The translations under genes and the position numbers were made by a program. The notes below the pieces were generated by a model. It was not told the origin of the DNA. It ran no database searches and saw only the letters and a program-made list of their open reading frames with translations. Below are positions 38,314-49,000 of a DNA stretch of 64,000 nucleotides, in pieces. Source of the stretch: Gaiellales bacterium (GTDB taxonomy: Bacteria; Actinomycetota; Thermoleophilia; Gaiellales; Gaiellaceae); contig JBBQQI010000002.1 in assembly GCA_038216085.1 (NCBI GenBank), positions 374 through 64,373 on the forward strand, given 5' to 3'. The stretch's first letter is position 1; each line of letters starts with the position of its first letter.

Positions 38314-38733
38314 GTGCGCTCGAGATTGATGCTCGGGATCGTTGCGGCCGCGCTCGTGGCCGGCGCAGCAGTCGGTGACGTCGCCGCAAGCTCACAACCA
38401 GGGCGGATCTCAGGAGTGACGCAGATCAGCTTCGGTTGTCCAGGGCCCGTGCGCGAGGGAGCTCCACCCTGCGAACGTTGGACTCGGTTCCCGCACGCGC
38501 GCTTTGAGATCGCCCGGCTGGCCGCCAACGACAGGCCAATCCAGGGCACTCAAAAGATCATCTCGTCCGGCGACCGCGGCCAGTTCACAGTCGCAGTGCC
38601 GAGCGGGCGGTATCTGCTGCGGCCGCTCCCTCAGGAGCACACTCGCGGTGGCGCGCCGATCCGGGTCGCGGTCGAACGAGCCAGGACGAGCTGGGCGCTC
38701 GTTCGGTTCGGCGGCTACCCCCAGATGCTCTGA
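38314..38733 (+). CDS. secreted hypothetical protein (signal peptide, carboxypeptidase-regulatory-like beta motif)
   Basis: The GTG start is preceded by GAGGAGGAG. It has the signal peptide MRSRLMLGIVAAALVAGAAVG and the motif [16 protein letters not shown]. It lies almost entirely antisense to the ackA 3' extension. Confidence 0.5.
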   Translation: MRSRLMLGIVAAALVAGAAVGDVAASSQPGRISGVTQISFGCPGPVREGAPPCERWTRFPHARFEIARLAANDRPIQGTQKIISSGDRGQFTVAVPSGRYLLRPLPQEHTRGGAPIRVAVERARTSWALVRFGGYPQML

Positions 38734-39795
38734 GTCTCGCGGGCGATTCGGCTGTGTCTCGCGGTCGAATGACTGAAGGCCGACGGTTGCCCGCACCGCG
38801 CGGGCGACCACCACGTCCTCGCGCGACGGCACGACCGTGACACGCACGCGCGAAGAGCTCACGGCGATCTCGGTCTCTCCTCGAGCGTGCCGGTTCGCCT
38901 CCTCGTCGAGCACGACACCGAGGAATGCGAGTCGCCCGCAGATCGCGGCGCGCACCCGGATCGAGTGCTCTCCCACGCCGGCTGTGAAGACGAGCGCATC
39001 GATCCCCTCCAGGGCTGTCGCCATGCTCGCGACCGCCTGGGCGACGCGGTAGCAATAGATGTCCAGCGCGAGCTGTGAATCGCTGGAGGCCGTCCGTTCC
39101 AGCTCTGCGACATCGCCGCTGCCGGCGAGAGCGGTCAAGCCCGACTCGTGCTCGAGCGCGTGGTCGAGCTCCGCGAGCGCCACTCCATGACGGAGCAGGT
39201 AGAGCAGGGCGCCGGGATCGAGCGAGCCGGCACGGGTCGCCATCGGCACCCCCTCGAGTGGTGTGAAGCCCATCGTCGTGTCGACCGAGCGCCCGTCCCG
39301 AACTGCGGTCACGGACGAGCCGCCACCGAGGTGGCAGACGACCAGCCGGGGGACGCGAACGCGCTCCGACGCCCACTCGACCGAGAGCCCGTGGAAGCCG
39401 AAGCGGCGGATGCCGCGGGCGCGGAAGCGCTCGGGCAGCAGATACGTCCTCGCCAGGGCCGGCAGGGTCGAGTGGAACGCGGTGTCGAAGACAGCGACGT
39501 GCGGCACGCCGGGAAGGCGCTTCCTTGCCTTACGGATCGCCTCGACAGCCGGCTTGTTGTGCAGCGGCGCCAGCTCGACCAGCCCGGCGAGCTCCGCCGC
39601 CACGTCGTCGTCGATCACGGTCGGTGTCGAGAACCGGTCCCCGCCGTGGACGACGCGGTGCCCGACTGCTACGACACTGGGCGCCTCGGCGAGCGATTCG
39701 ATCACCCGTGAGTCGTCGTGCTCGTCGACGATGGCGAGCTTGAGACTGGTCGAGCCGGCGTTGACGACGAGGACGTCGCGTGTCAGTCGGGCCAC
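38410..39795 (-). CDS. ackA: acetate kinase (core ~340 aa plus ~120-aa low-complexity C-terminal read-on)
   Basis: It has [34 protein letters not shown] and FTAGVGE. The conserved end ...[14 protein letters not shown] is followed by R/P/D-rich sequence down to the stop at 38410. Confidence 0.85.
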   Translation of the reverse strand: MARLTRDVLVVNAGSTSLKLAIVDEHDDSRVIESLAEAPSVVAVGHRVVHGGDRFSTPTVIDDDVAAELAGLVELAPLHNKPAVEAIRKARKRLPGVPHVAVFDTAFHSTLPALARTYLLPERFRARGIRRFGFHGLSVEWASERVRVPRLVVCHLGGGSSVTAVRDGRSVDTTMGFTPLEGVPMATRAGSLDPGALLYLLRHGVALAELDHALEHESGLTALAGSGDVAELERTASSDSQLALDIYCYRVAQAVASMATALEGIDALVFTAGVGEHSIRVRAAICGRLAFLGVVLDEEANRHARGETEIAVSSSRVRVTVVPSREDVVVARAVRATVGLQSFDRETQPNRPRDSEHLGVAAEPNERPARPGSFDRDPDRRATASVLLRERPQQIPPARHCDCELAAVAGRDDLLSALDWPVVGGQPGDLKARVREPSPTFAGWSSLAHGPWTTEADLRHS

Positions 39796-42148
39796 GTCCA
39801 GTCGCGGATCTCGGGATCGTCGTCACCGTAAACGCGTGTGTAGGCCCGTGCGGCGATGCGGCGCTCCTGCATCTGTTGGCGCAGGTGCGCAGCACGGGCG
39901 GTGAGCCCCGGCACACGGTCGATCACGTCGATCACGAGGTGGAAGCGATCGAGGTCGTTCAGCATCACCATGTCGAACGGCGTCGTCGTCGTTCCCTCCT
40001 CTTTGTACCCACGCACGTGGAGGTTGTGGTGGTTCGTTCGCCGATAGGCCAGGCGATGGATCAGCCACGGATACCCGTGGTAAGCGAACACGATCGGCTT
40101 GTCCTGCGTGAACAACGCGTCGAACTCCGCGTCGGACAGGCCGTGCGGATGCTCCGTGTCGGGCTGCAGGCGCATCCGATCGACGACGTTGACGACACGC
40201 ACCTTCAGCGTCGGCAGGTGCTCGCGCAGGATCGCCGTCGCGGCGAGCGTCTCGAGCGTCGGGATGTCGCCGCAGCAGCCCATCACGACGTCGGGCTCTG
40301 CGCCGTCGTCGTTGGACGCCCACTCCCAGATCCCGGCGCCGCGCGTGCAGTGGATGACGGCGTCGTCGATCGAGAGATAGTTCAACGCAGGCTGCTTGCC
40401 GGCGACGATCACGTTGACGTAGTTGCGCGAGCGCAGACAATGGTCGGCGACGGACAGCAACGTGTTCGCGTCGGGCGGCAGGTAGACGCGGATTACTTCC
40501 GCCTTTTTGTTGACGACGTGGTCGATGAACCCGGGATCCTGGTGGGAGAAGCCGTTGTGATCCTGGCGCCAGACGTGCGACGACAGCAGGTAGTTGAGCG
40601 ACCCGATCGGTCGCCTCCAGGGGATCTGACGCGTCACCTTCAGCCACTTCGCATGCTGGTTGAACATCGAGTCGACGATGTGGATGAACGCCTCGTAGCA
40701 ATTGAAGAGGCCGTGCCGACCGGTCAAGAGGTACCCCTCGAGCCAGCCCTGGCACTGGTGCTCGGACAGCACCTCCATCACGCGTCCGTCGGGGGCGAGC
40801 CCCTCGTCGGTGACCTTGGTCTCGGCGTCCCACGCGCGCGCGGTTACCCCGAACACGTCGCCGAGCCGGTTCGATGCCGTCTCGTCCGGGCCGAAGAGCC
40901 GGAAGGTCTGCGCGTTTTTAACGATCACGTCGCGGAGGAACGCGCCGAGCGCGCGGGTCGGCTCAGTGAAGGTCGTGCCGGGGCGCTCGACCTCGACGGC
41001 GTAGTCGCGGAAATCCGGCAGGACCAGATCCTGGAGAAGCTCGCCGCCGTTCGCGTGTGGGTTGGCGCTCATGCGCCGGTCGCCGTCGGGCGCGAGTGCC
41101 CGCAGCTCCGGACGAAGCGCGCCCCGATTGTCGAACAGCTCGTCGGGGCGGTAGCTGCGCAACCAGTCCTCGAGGATCTTCCGGTGGCACGCATCCTCGC
41201 GCGCGCCGAGGACCGGCACCTGATGCGCTCGCCAGGTGCCCTCGATCTGGACGCCGTCAACCTCTCGCGGCCCGGTCCAGCCCTTCGGCGTCCTGAGCAC
41301 GAGCATCGGCCAGGCCGGTCGCTCCGTGTTTCCTCCGGTCCTCGCTGCAGCCTGGATCGACCGGATGTCGTCGAGCGCGTCGTCGAGCGCGGCGGCGAAC
41401 CGCTGGTGGGCGTCCGCCGGCGGCTCGTCGAGCTCGCTCGTGACGATCAACGGCCGCCAGCCGTAGCCCTCGAACAACGACGTCAGCTCGCGCTCGGGGA
41501 TTCGGGCGAGCACGGTCGGGTTCGCGATCTTGTAGCCGTTCAGGTGCAGCACGGGCAGCACTGCTCCGTCGGTGACGGCGTTCAGGAACTTGTTCGAATG
41601 CCAGCTCGTCGCGAGCGGGCCCGTTTCGGCTTCGCCGTCGCCGACGACGCAGGCGACGACGAGATCCGGGTTGTCGAAGGCCGCGCCGAAAGCGTGCGAG
41701 AGCGCGTAGCCGAGCTCGCCTCCCTCATGGATCGACCCGGGCGTCTCGGGAGCGACATGGGACGGGATCCCGCCCGGGAACGAGAACTGGCGGAAGAGCG
41801 AGCGCATTCCCGCCTCGTCCTCCGAAATGCCGGGATAGAGCTCCGAGTACGTGCCCTCCAGGTAGGCGTTCGCAACCAGGCCGGGTCCGCCGTGCCCCGG
41901 ACCGGTGATGTAGATCGCGGAGAGATCGAGGGCCTTGATCGCGCCATTCAGGTGCGCGTAGACGAAGTTGAGGCCGGGCGTCGTGCCGAAGTGGCCGAGC
42001 AGGCGCGGGTTGACGTGCGCCTCCAGCGGCTCCTTGAGGAGCGGGTTGTCGAGCAGGTAGATCGGTGACCCACCGACAGGTAGTTGGCCGCGCGCCAGTA
42101 GGCGTCGAGCAGCGCGACCTCCTGCGGGGCGAGCGCGGAGGAGCTCAC
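39783..42148 (-). pseudogene. xfp: xylulose-5-P/fructose-6-P phosphoketolase, reading frame broken near codon 28
   Basis: The N-terminus ([30 protein letters not shown] 41948..42148) and the remainder (...[33 protein letters not shown]...[17 protein letters not shown]..., ORF 39783..41807 plus its open upstream frame) are in different frames. Five nt (caccg, 42063-42067) sit where one codon is expected. Confidence 0.75.
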
Positions 42149-42167
42149 GCCTGTCTCCGCCGGCGGA

Positions 42168-42676
42168 TCACGGGCGGGAGGCTACGCCTTCACCGGCGAG
42201 CACGCGCGCCACGGCAACCGCCCAGGCTGTGACGGCGTACCACTCGCGGTAGTCGCCTGCCGGCACCCTCAACGCGCCCGCGAGCGCCCGTTCCGCCAAC
42301 CCGAGCTCGTCCCGCTCGAGCTTGCCGCCGAAGAGCTGATGGTCGCGAGCATGCGTTGTCGCAGTGAGGTCGGTCGCGTCGAACGAGTCGCTCGCCGCCG
42401 GATGCGGTGGGGATCCGATCGGCCCGCAGCTGAACAGCCAGACCGGCCGAGTCCTCAGCAGCTCGGCATGCTCGTCGACGAAGTTGCGAGCCGTGCGTAG
42501 CCAACTTCCGACGTAGATCGCGCTGCCAAGGACGAATGCGTCGTACGGCATCACCGTGTCGACGTCTTCCATCCGCCGAACCTCGGTGTCGAGGCCTTGT
42601 GCCTCGAGCACCTCACCGATCGAGCGTGCGATTTCCTCCGTGGCGCCGTGCTTGCTGGCGTATGCGACGAGAACAG

Positions 42677-42680
<4 letters not shown>
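42168..42680 (-). CDS. flavodoxin-domain protein
   Basis: It has MTVLVAYASKHGATEEIA...DAFVLGSAIYVGSW, matching the flavodoxin_5/HemG-like pattern. The start overlaps the malic enzyme stop. Confidence 0.8.
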
Positions 42681-44155
<1,475 letters not shown>

Positions 44156-44177
44156 GCTCACACGTCCCGTCCGGCGC

Positions 44178-44378
44178 TCAGCGCCACCGGCACGTGCACA
44201 GGGCGCGAGGCCGGTGGCAGACGGGGCAGGAGGCACCGGGAAACGTCAGTCTCTTCTTTGCGACCCCGGCGTTCGTCATCAGGTACGCCGCAGCGGCGAC
44301 CAGAGCAGCGGTCACCAGAGGGTCGGCTGGGAGAGGCGTCATCTCTAAAAGTGTTGCGTCCATCGTCGCGGCCGACAT
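44178..44378 (-). CDS. possible small membrane protein with C-terminal CxxC...CxC
   Basis: The C-terminal 66 aa of ORF 44178..44690 (MSAATMDATLLEMTPLPADPLVTAALVAAAAYLMTNAG...CPVCHRPRALCTC). The upstream part of that ORF is antisense to the LuxR gene. There is no homology support. Confidence 0.2.
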   Translation of the reverse strand: MSAATMDATLLEMTPLPADPLVTAALVAAAAYLMTNAGVAKKRLTFPGASCPVCHRPRALCTCRWR

Positions 44379-44444
44379 CGGTAGACCTGTGGGTTCGAGG
44401 TGCGGATTAGCCGCATGCCGTAGAAAGTACGAATCCGGGTCGGT

Positions 44445-44693
44445 GTGGTTTCCGATGACGGTCTGCTGTCGATCGCCGATCGTGACTGCATGATCGAAGA
44501 AGCACTGACCGAGCGAGAGCGGACCACTGCAGTCCTGCTCGCGTACGGCCACACCAACCGCGACGTGGCACAGAGGCTCAACGTCTCTGTTCGCACTGCG
44601 GAATCCGAGCGCGCGCGGCTGATGCGCAAGCTCGGTCTCGCGCGCCGTGCAGAGCTCGTTCGCTGGGCGTTGGAACGCGGCCTCCTCCACTGA
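44445..44693 (+). CDS. small LuxR/GerE-type HTH protein (solo DNA-binding domain)
   Basis: LTERERTTAVLLAYGHTNRDVAQRLNVSVRTAESERARLMRKLG is a GerE HTH. ATG 44490 is an alternative start. Confidence 0.65.
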   Translation: MVSDDGLLSIADRDCMIEEALTERERTTAVLLAYGHTNRDVAQRLNVSVRTAESERARLMRKLGLARRAELVRWALERGLLH

Positions 44694-44847
44694 GCGTCAA
44701 TGTGCTGCGCATCAATGTGGGAAAGCCGAAGGGGGTTTCCGCGGCAGCCACGATGGCCCAGGCGCCGGCCGCGCAGACACTGCTGACAACAAGCAACGGT
44801 CGAAAGCGCGGAGACGAGCATCGGCCCGGATGGAAGGAGAAGGAAAC

Positions 44848-45483
44848 ATGCGTAAGTTCCTGGAGATCGGAGGGCTCGTCGCCGCTGCAGTCCTGATCGC
44901 GTTCGGCGTTGCCGCCATCGTGATGGGGATCAACGGCCGGAGCACCGTCCGTGACAGCCTCAAGCTCGAGCAGATCGTCGGCACGCCCGACATGACCCCG
45001 TCGGCGATTGCCGCCGAGGCGAAGAAGGCGGGCCTGCCCGCTTCCATCAAGCTGCCGACGGTTGACGTCGCCGGCAAGCCGATCAACTCCGGCGCGAGGG
45101 CGAGGGCATTCGCGAGCTACATGCGGATCCACGCGCTCGAGGCGACCGATGGCGTTACGTTCTCGCAGATGCCGCGGTTCGCGACGGCCGACGGCAAGGG
45201 CACGAACGACCCGGCCACGGCCCTGCTGGCAAACGGCCGGCCCGTCGACAACGCCGCCCGTAACGTCTGGGTCACCGAAACGGCCCTGGCGACGGCGCTG
45301 AACACGAGCTACATGGCCGAGCAGCTCTCGCTCTTCGGCCTCGTCGTCGGCATCGCCCTGCTGCTCTCCGGGATCGGGTTTGCGATCCTGGCGGTCGGTG
45401 GAGCCCTGCGGAACCCCGAGACTGCGCTGAAGATGTTCGCGAAGCGCAGTGCCGGCGTCCGGAAGCCGGTCGCGACGGCATAA
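44848..45483 (+). CDS. hypothetical membrane protein (N- and C-terminal TM helices)
   Basis: ATG 44848 is preceded by GGAAGGAGAAGG. It has TM1 LEIGGLVAAAVLIAFGVAAIVMG and TM2 LFGLVVGIALLLSGIGFAILAV. Confidence 0.6.
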   Translation: MRKFLEIGGLVAAAVLIAFGVAAIVMGINGRSTVRDSLKLEQIVGTPDMTPSAIAAEAKKAGLPASIKLPTVDVAGKPINSGARARAFASYMRIHALEATDGVTFSQMPRFATADGKGTNDPATALLANGRPVDNAARNVWVTETALATALNTSYMAEQLSLFGLVVGIALLLSGIGFAILAVGGALRNPETALKMFAKRSAGVRKPVATA

Positions 45484-45508
45484 CAGCCACACCCGACCGA
45501 GATCTGTC

Positions 45509-45540
45509 GAAGGGCCGCAACCGCGGCCCTTCGTCGTTTA
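45509..45540. terminator. bidirectional terminator-like hairpin
   Basis: gaagggccgc-aacc-gcggcccttc (10-bp stem) followed by T-rich gtcgttta. It lies between convergent genes. Confidence 0.6.
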
Positions 45541-45550
45541 CTTCGTCGTT

Positions 45551-46201
45551 TTACGAGTCGTCTTCGAGCAGCCCTTGCGTGATTGCGTACCGAACGAGCT
45601 CTGCGCGGCTCGAGAGATGGAGCTTCTGCATGATGTGGGCACGGTGGGTCTCGGCGGTGCGCACCGAGATGAAGAGTTGCTTGGCGATCTCCTGGTTCGT
45701 GTGGCCGAGCGCCAGGAGCCGCAGGACTTCCCGCTCGCGTTCCGACAGCGGATCCTCCTCCGCCTTGCGCGCAGCGTCGGCATCGGCTGCGATCAGCCGC
45801 GCGCCGAGCTTCGGGTGGACATAGCGGTCGCCGCGCGCGACCTCGCGCACTGCGGCGACGACCTCGATGTCGGCCGCTTCCTTCAGGACGTAGCCGCTGG
45901 CGCCCGCGGCGAACGCCTCGCGGACGTAGCGGGGGTCGTCCTGCATCGACAGGACGAGGATCTTCAGCTCGGGTTGCTCCTTCAAAAGCGTCGGGATCAC
46001 GTCCAGGCCGTTCCCGTCCGGCATCACGACGTCCATCAGGATGACGTCCGGTTTCAGGGAACGCGCTTCGAAGATGGCTTCTCGTCCGGAGCCCGCCTCG
46101 CCGACCGGTTCGATGTCCGGCTCCTGGTCGAGCAGCAGGCGGATACCGGTCCGCACCACGGCGTGGTCGTCCACGATCAGCACCCTCACCGGCGGATCCA
46201 T
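45551..46201 (-). CDS. NarL/FixJ (DosR-like) family response regulator
   Basis: Receiver (VLIVDDHAVVR...VILMDVVMPDGNG) plus a GerE HTH (LSEREREVLRLLALGHTNQEIAKQLFISVRTAETHR). Confidence 0.9.
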   Translation of the reverse strand: MDPPVRVLIVDDHAVVRTGIRLLLDQEPDIEPVGEAGSGREAIFEARSLKPDVILMDVVMPDGNGLDVIPTLLKEQPELKILVLSMQDDPRYVREAFAAGASGYVLKEAADIEVVAAVREVARGDRYVHPKLGARLIAADADAARKAEEDPLSEREREVLRLLALGHTNQEIAKQLFISVRTAETHRAHIMQKLHLSSRAELVRYAITQGLLEDDS

Positions 46202-46309
46202 CGCGTGACCTTAGCCCGTCGGCCCCGGCGAGCTATACCAAAAACCCCGCAAACAGCCCACGGTGCTACGCCGATGCCGAGCGGGCCGCCACGTCCTACC
46301 GTTCGGCTC

Positions 46310-46606
46310 ATGAGCGGGACAATCGCGGTTCTCTGGACACTCTACGGGCACGTCTACTCGGGTCGCCTGGAGATCATCGGCGACCGGCTGGAGCTTCGGA
46401 CGCGCAGTCGCACGTGCTCGATTCCGTTCAGCGACATCGTCAGCGCTGCGATCGAGCGCGGCGCGACGGTTCGGATCCACGGCCTGCCCGTGCTCAGGTT
46501 GACCCTGGCCGGGGGCGAGACAGTCGGCATCGCCAGCCTGCAAGGGATCGGAACTCTGCACGAGCTCACCGCACACGTCGTCCCCGCCGCCGCCTCAACC
46601 ATCTAG
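46310..46606 (+). CDS. small hypothetical protein (98 aa)
   Basis: The C-terminal segment of ORF 45449..46606, from ATG 46310 (MSGTIAVLWTLYGHVYSGRLEIIGDRLELR...). It has protein-like composition, unlike the upstream part. It shares a CTAG stop with the convergent kinase gene. Confidence 0.4.
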   Translation: MSGTIAVLWTLYGHVYSGRLEIIGDRLELRTRSRTCSIPFSDIVSAAIERGATVRIHGLPVLRLTLAGGETVGIASLQGIGTLHELTAHVVPAAASTI

Positions 46607-48267
46607 AAGCTCGAGCCGGAAAGCGGCACCTCCGCCGCGAGCGTCGTGCCGGACTCCGGCGACGACTCGACCGCCAGCGTCCCGCCGACGATCGCGAGCC
46701 GTTCGCGCATGCCGAGCAGCCCAAGGGCGTCCTTCCGGATCGTTTCCGGGTCGAACCCGCGACCGTCGTCGTCGATCGTGGCGGCGACGGTGCGGCCGCG
46801 GCTCGACACGACGATGCTCACGTGCTCGGCGCCGGCGTGCTTGACGACGTTCGTCAGCGCCTCCTGGACGACGCGGTACAGAGTCGTCTCGATCTCGGGG
46901 AGCATGCGTGCGGACACGCTCGTCTCGACGACCGTCTCGATCCCGCTGCGCTCGGAGAACGTCTCGGCGAGGCGTTGCAATGCGGGCACGAGGCCGAAGT
47001 CGTCGAGCGCAGCCGGCCTTAGCTCGACAGCGAGCGCACGCACGTCCTGCAGCGCCTGGACGACGAGCGCGCGCACGTCGGCTTCGGCGCGCTCCGCGTC
47101 TGCCTCGTTGCTCGACGCCCGAATTGCCTTCAGCCCGAGCAGGATCGAGGTCAAGGCCTGCCCGGTCTCGTCGTGCAGCTCGAGCGCGAGCCGCCGTCGC
47201 TCGAGCTCCTGTGCCTCGACGACCCGGCGGACGGTGTCTCTCGCAACACGCTGCGAGAGCGAGACGGCGGCCGCAGCGCGCGCGGCGAAGATCTCGGCAA
47301 GCCGCACGTCTTCGTCGGTGAAACGGGCGTCGGCGCCGAGCTTGTCGTGCAGGACGACGATTCCGATCGCGCGCCCTCGCGCGATCAGCGGGACATAGAG
47401 CCCGGTGCGCACGCCCATCCCCCGCACCTCGTCCTGATCGACCTCGGGGTCGTCGAGGAGAGAGTCGACGCGTGTGCTGTGCCGGCGCTCGAGCACCCGG
47501 CCGCTCTTCGAGCGTTCGCGACTGAACCGTTGACCGTCGAGCGCGGGCCCCGACGACGCGTCGGCGTCGGCCGCGGCCACCAGCAGGTCCCCGTCGGGCG
47601 CCTCGGGCAACGCGATCAGGGCGAGGCGGGCGCCGATCAGCTCTCGGAGGCGGGCGCACACAAGCGCGAGCAGACGATCGAGATCCATCTCCTCGACGAG
47701 CGAGCGGACGACCTCGTGCAGGGTCTCGAGCTGCCGCGACCAACGCGTTGCAGACTCGTAGAGTCGCGCGTTCTCGACCGCGACAGCGGCCTGCGCCGCC
47801 AGCAGCCCGACGATTTCCTCGTCCTCGACGGTGAACTCGCCGCCGCCGTCCTTCTCGGTCAGATAGAGGTTTCCGAACGCCTCTCCGCGCAGCATCACCG
47901 GCACGCCGAGGAACGAGTTCATCGGGGGGTGGTTCGGAGGGAAGCCGACCGACCGCGGGTCGTCGCCGAGGCGTGCGAGCCGGAGCGCAGTCGCGTCCCG
48001 GATCAGCACTCCGAGGATGCCACGGCCGTGCGGGAGCTCGCCGATCGCGGCGTGCTGCTCGGCGTCGAGGCCGGTCGTCACGAACCGCTCGAGCCCACCG
48101 CCCGGCTCGCCGATCACGCCGAGGGCGGCGTAGCGCGCGTCGGTCAGCGAGGCGGCGGTCTCGACCAGCTTCTGCAGCAGCCCGTCGAGCGAGAGCTCCG
48201 AGTTGAGCGCGAGGCTCGCCTGGAAGAGATCCCGCAGCCGACCGTCGTCCCGCGTCGTGGCCATCAA
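46603..48267 (-). CDS. tandem-GAF sensor histidine kinase (DosS/DosT-like, HisKA_3 + HATPase_c)
   Basis: Two GAF domains (GVPVMLRGEAFGNLYLTEK; VPLIARGRAIGIVVLHDK), the H-box LALELHDETGQALTS, and the ATPase motifs VQEALTNVVKHA and DDGRGF. Confidence 0.9.
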   Translation of the reverse strand: MMATTRDDGRLRDLFQASLALNSELSLDGLLQKLVETAASLTDARYAALGVIGEPGGGLERFVTTGLDAEQHAAIGELPHGRGILGVLIRDATALRLARLGDDPRSVGFPPNHPPMNSFLGVPVMLRGEAFGNLYLTEKDGGGEFTVEDEEIVGLLAAQAAVAVENARLYESATRWSRQLETLHEVVRSLVEEMDLDRLLALVCARLRELIGARLALIALPEAPDGDLLVAAADADASSGPALDGQRFSRERSKSGRVLERRHSTRVDSLLDDPEVDQDEVRGMGVRTGLYVPLIARGRAIGIVVLHDKLGADARFTDEDVRLAEIFAARAAAAVSLSQRVARDTVRRVVEAQELERRRLALELHDETGQALTSILLGLKAIRASSNEADAERAEADVRALVVQALQDVRALAVELRPAALDDFGLVPALQRLAETFSERSGIETVVETSVSARMLPEIETTLYRVVQEALTNVVKHAGAEHVSIVVSSRGRTVAATIDDDGRGFDPETIRKDALGLLGMRERLAIVGGTLAVESSPESGTTLAAEVPLSGSSF

Positions 48268-48355
48268 GCGCCAAGGCTACTCACGAGGTCAGCGGAGCGC
48301 CCCGCGGACCGAGTGAAGCGGCGGAGGGCGCGGGGTCGCGCTCTCCGCCGGGGGC

Positions 48356-48847
48356 TCAGAAGGCGATCGCCGACGCGCTCGCAGCTTCGACGCGGGCCTG
48401 TTGCGCCTGCTCGCCGTGGACGACGAGCACGGGGCAGGGAGCGTGGTGCAGGACGTAGGTCGAAACGCTGCCGTGCAGGAGCCGGCCGAGACGTCCCCAG
48501 CCGTGCGCCCCGATCACGACGAGCCTCGCCTCGCGGCTCTTTGCCGCCTCGCAGATCGCGTCGCCCGCGGGGATTCCTTCGAGTGGGAGTGTCTCGCACG
48601 TGAGCCCCGCCGTCGCCAGCCGGTGCTCGAGCTCCGAGAGCAACTGCCGGGCGTGCTCAGCCTCCAGCTTCTTCAGGTCGGCGGCGATCTCGCCGTACCC
48701 GTAGACGCCGCCGTAGGTCGGCAGTGCCGTGTGTGCGACCGAGGCGACGATCAGCGGCGCGTCGAGCGCACGCGCCAGCTCAATTGCTTCCAACGTTGCT
48801 GCCTCCGCGGACGGAGAGCCGTCGGTCGCGAGCAGTATGGGCCTCAT
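48356..48847 (-). CDS. universal stress protein
   Basis: ORF trimmed to the ATG at 48845-48847, preceded by AAAGGAGGA. It has ILLATDGS...LVVIGAHGWGRLGRLLHGSVSTYVLHHAPCPVLVV. Confidence 0.85.
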   Translation of the reverse strand: MRPILLATDGSPSAEAATLEAIELARALDAPLIVASVAHTALPTYGGVYGYGEIAADLKKLEAEHARQLLSELEHRLATAGLTCETLPLEGIPAGDAICEAAKSREARLVVIGAHGWGRLGRLLHGSVSTYVLHHAPCPVLVVHGEQAQQARVEAASASAIAF

Positions 48848-49000
48848 CTGGTGTCCTCCTTTTGGCGGGTCGCCGCGAGTGTCCGTCTCGCAGGCCAAGC
48901 GCGAATCCGGGGAGGCGCGGGAGCGGCGTCGTAGTTATCCGCAACACCTGCGCGGTCGACCGCCGATCCACGAACCGGCCGAACCGGCGAATATGCCCCG

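Noticed and set aside
48848-49000. A DosR-box (GGGACT-N-AGTCCC type) in the USP/Pat divergent region and upstream of ADH (51650-51762).
   Set aside because: I scanned by eye and found only partial GTCC/GGGG fragments with no dyad of the expected form.
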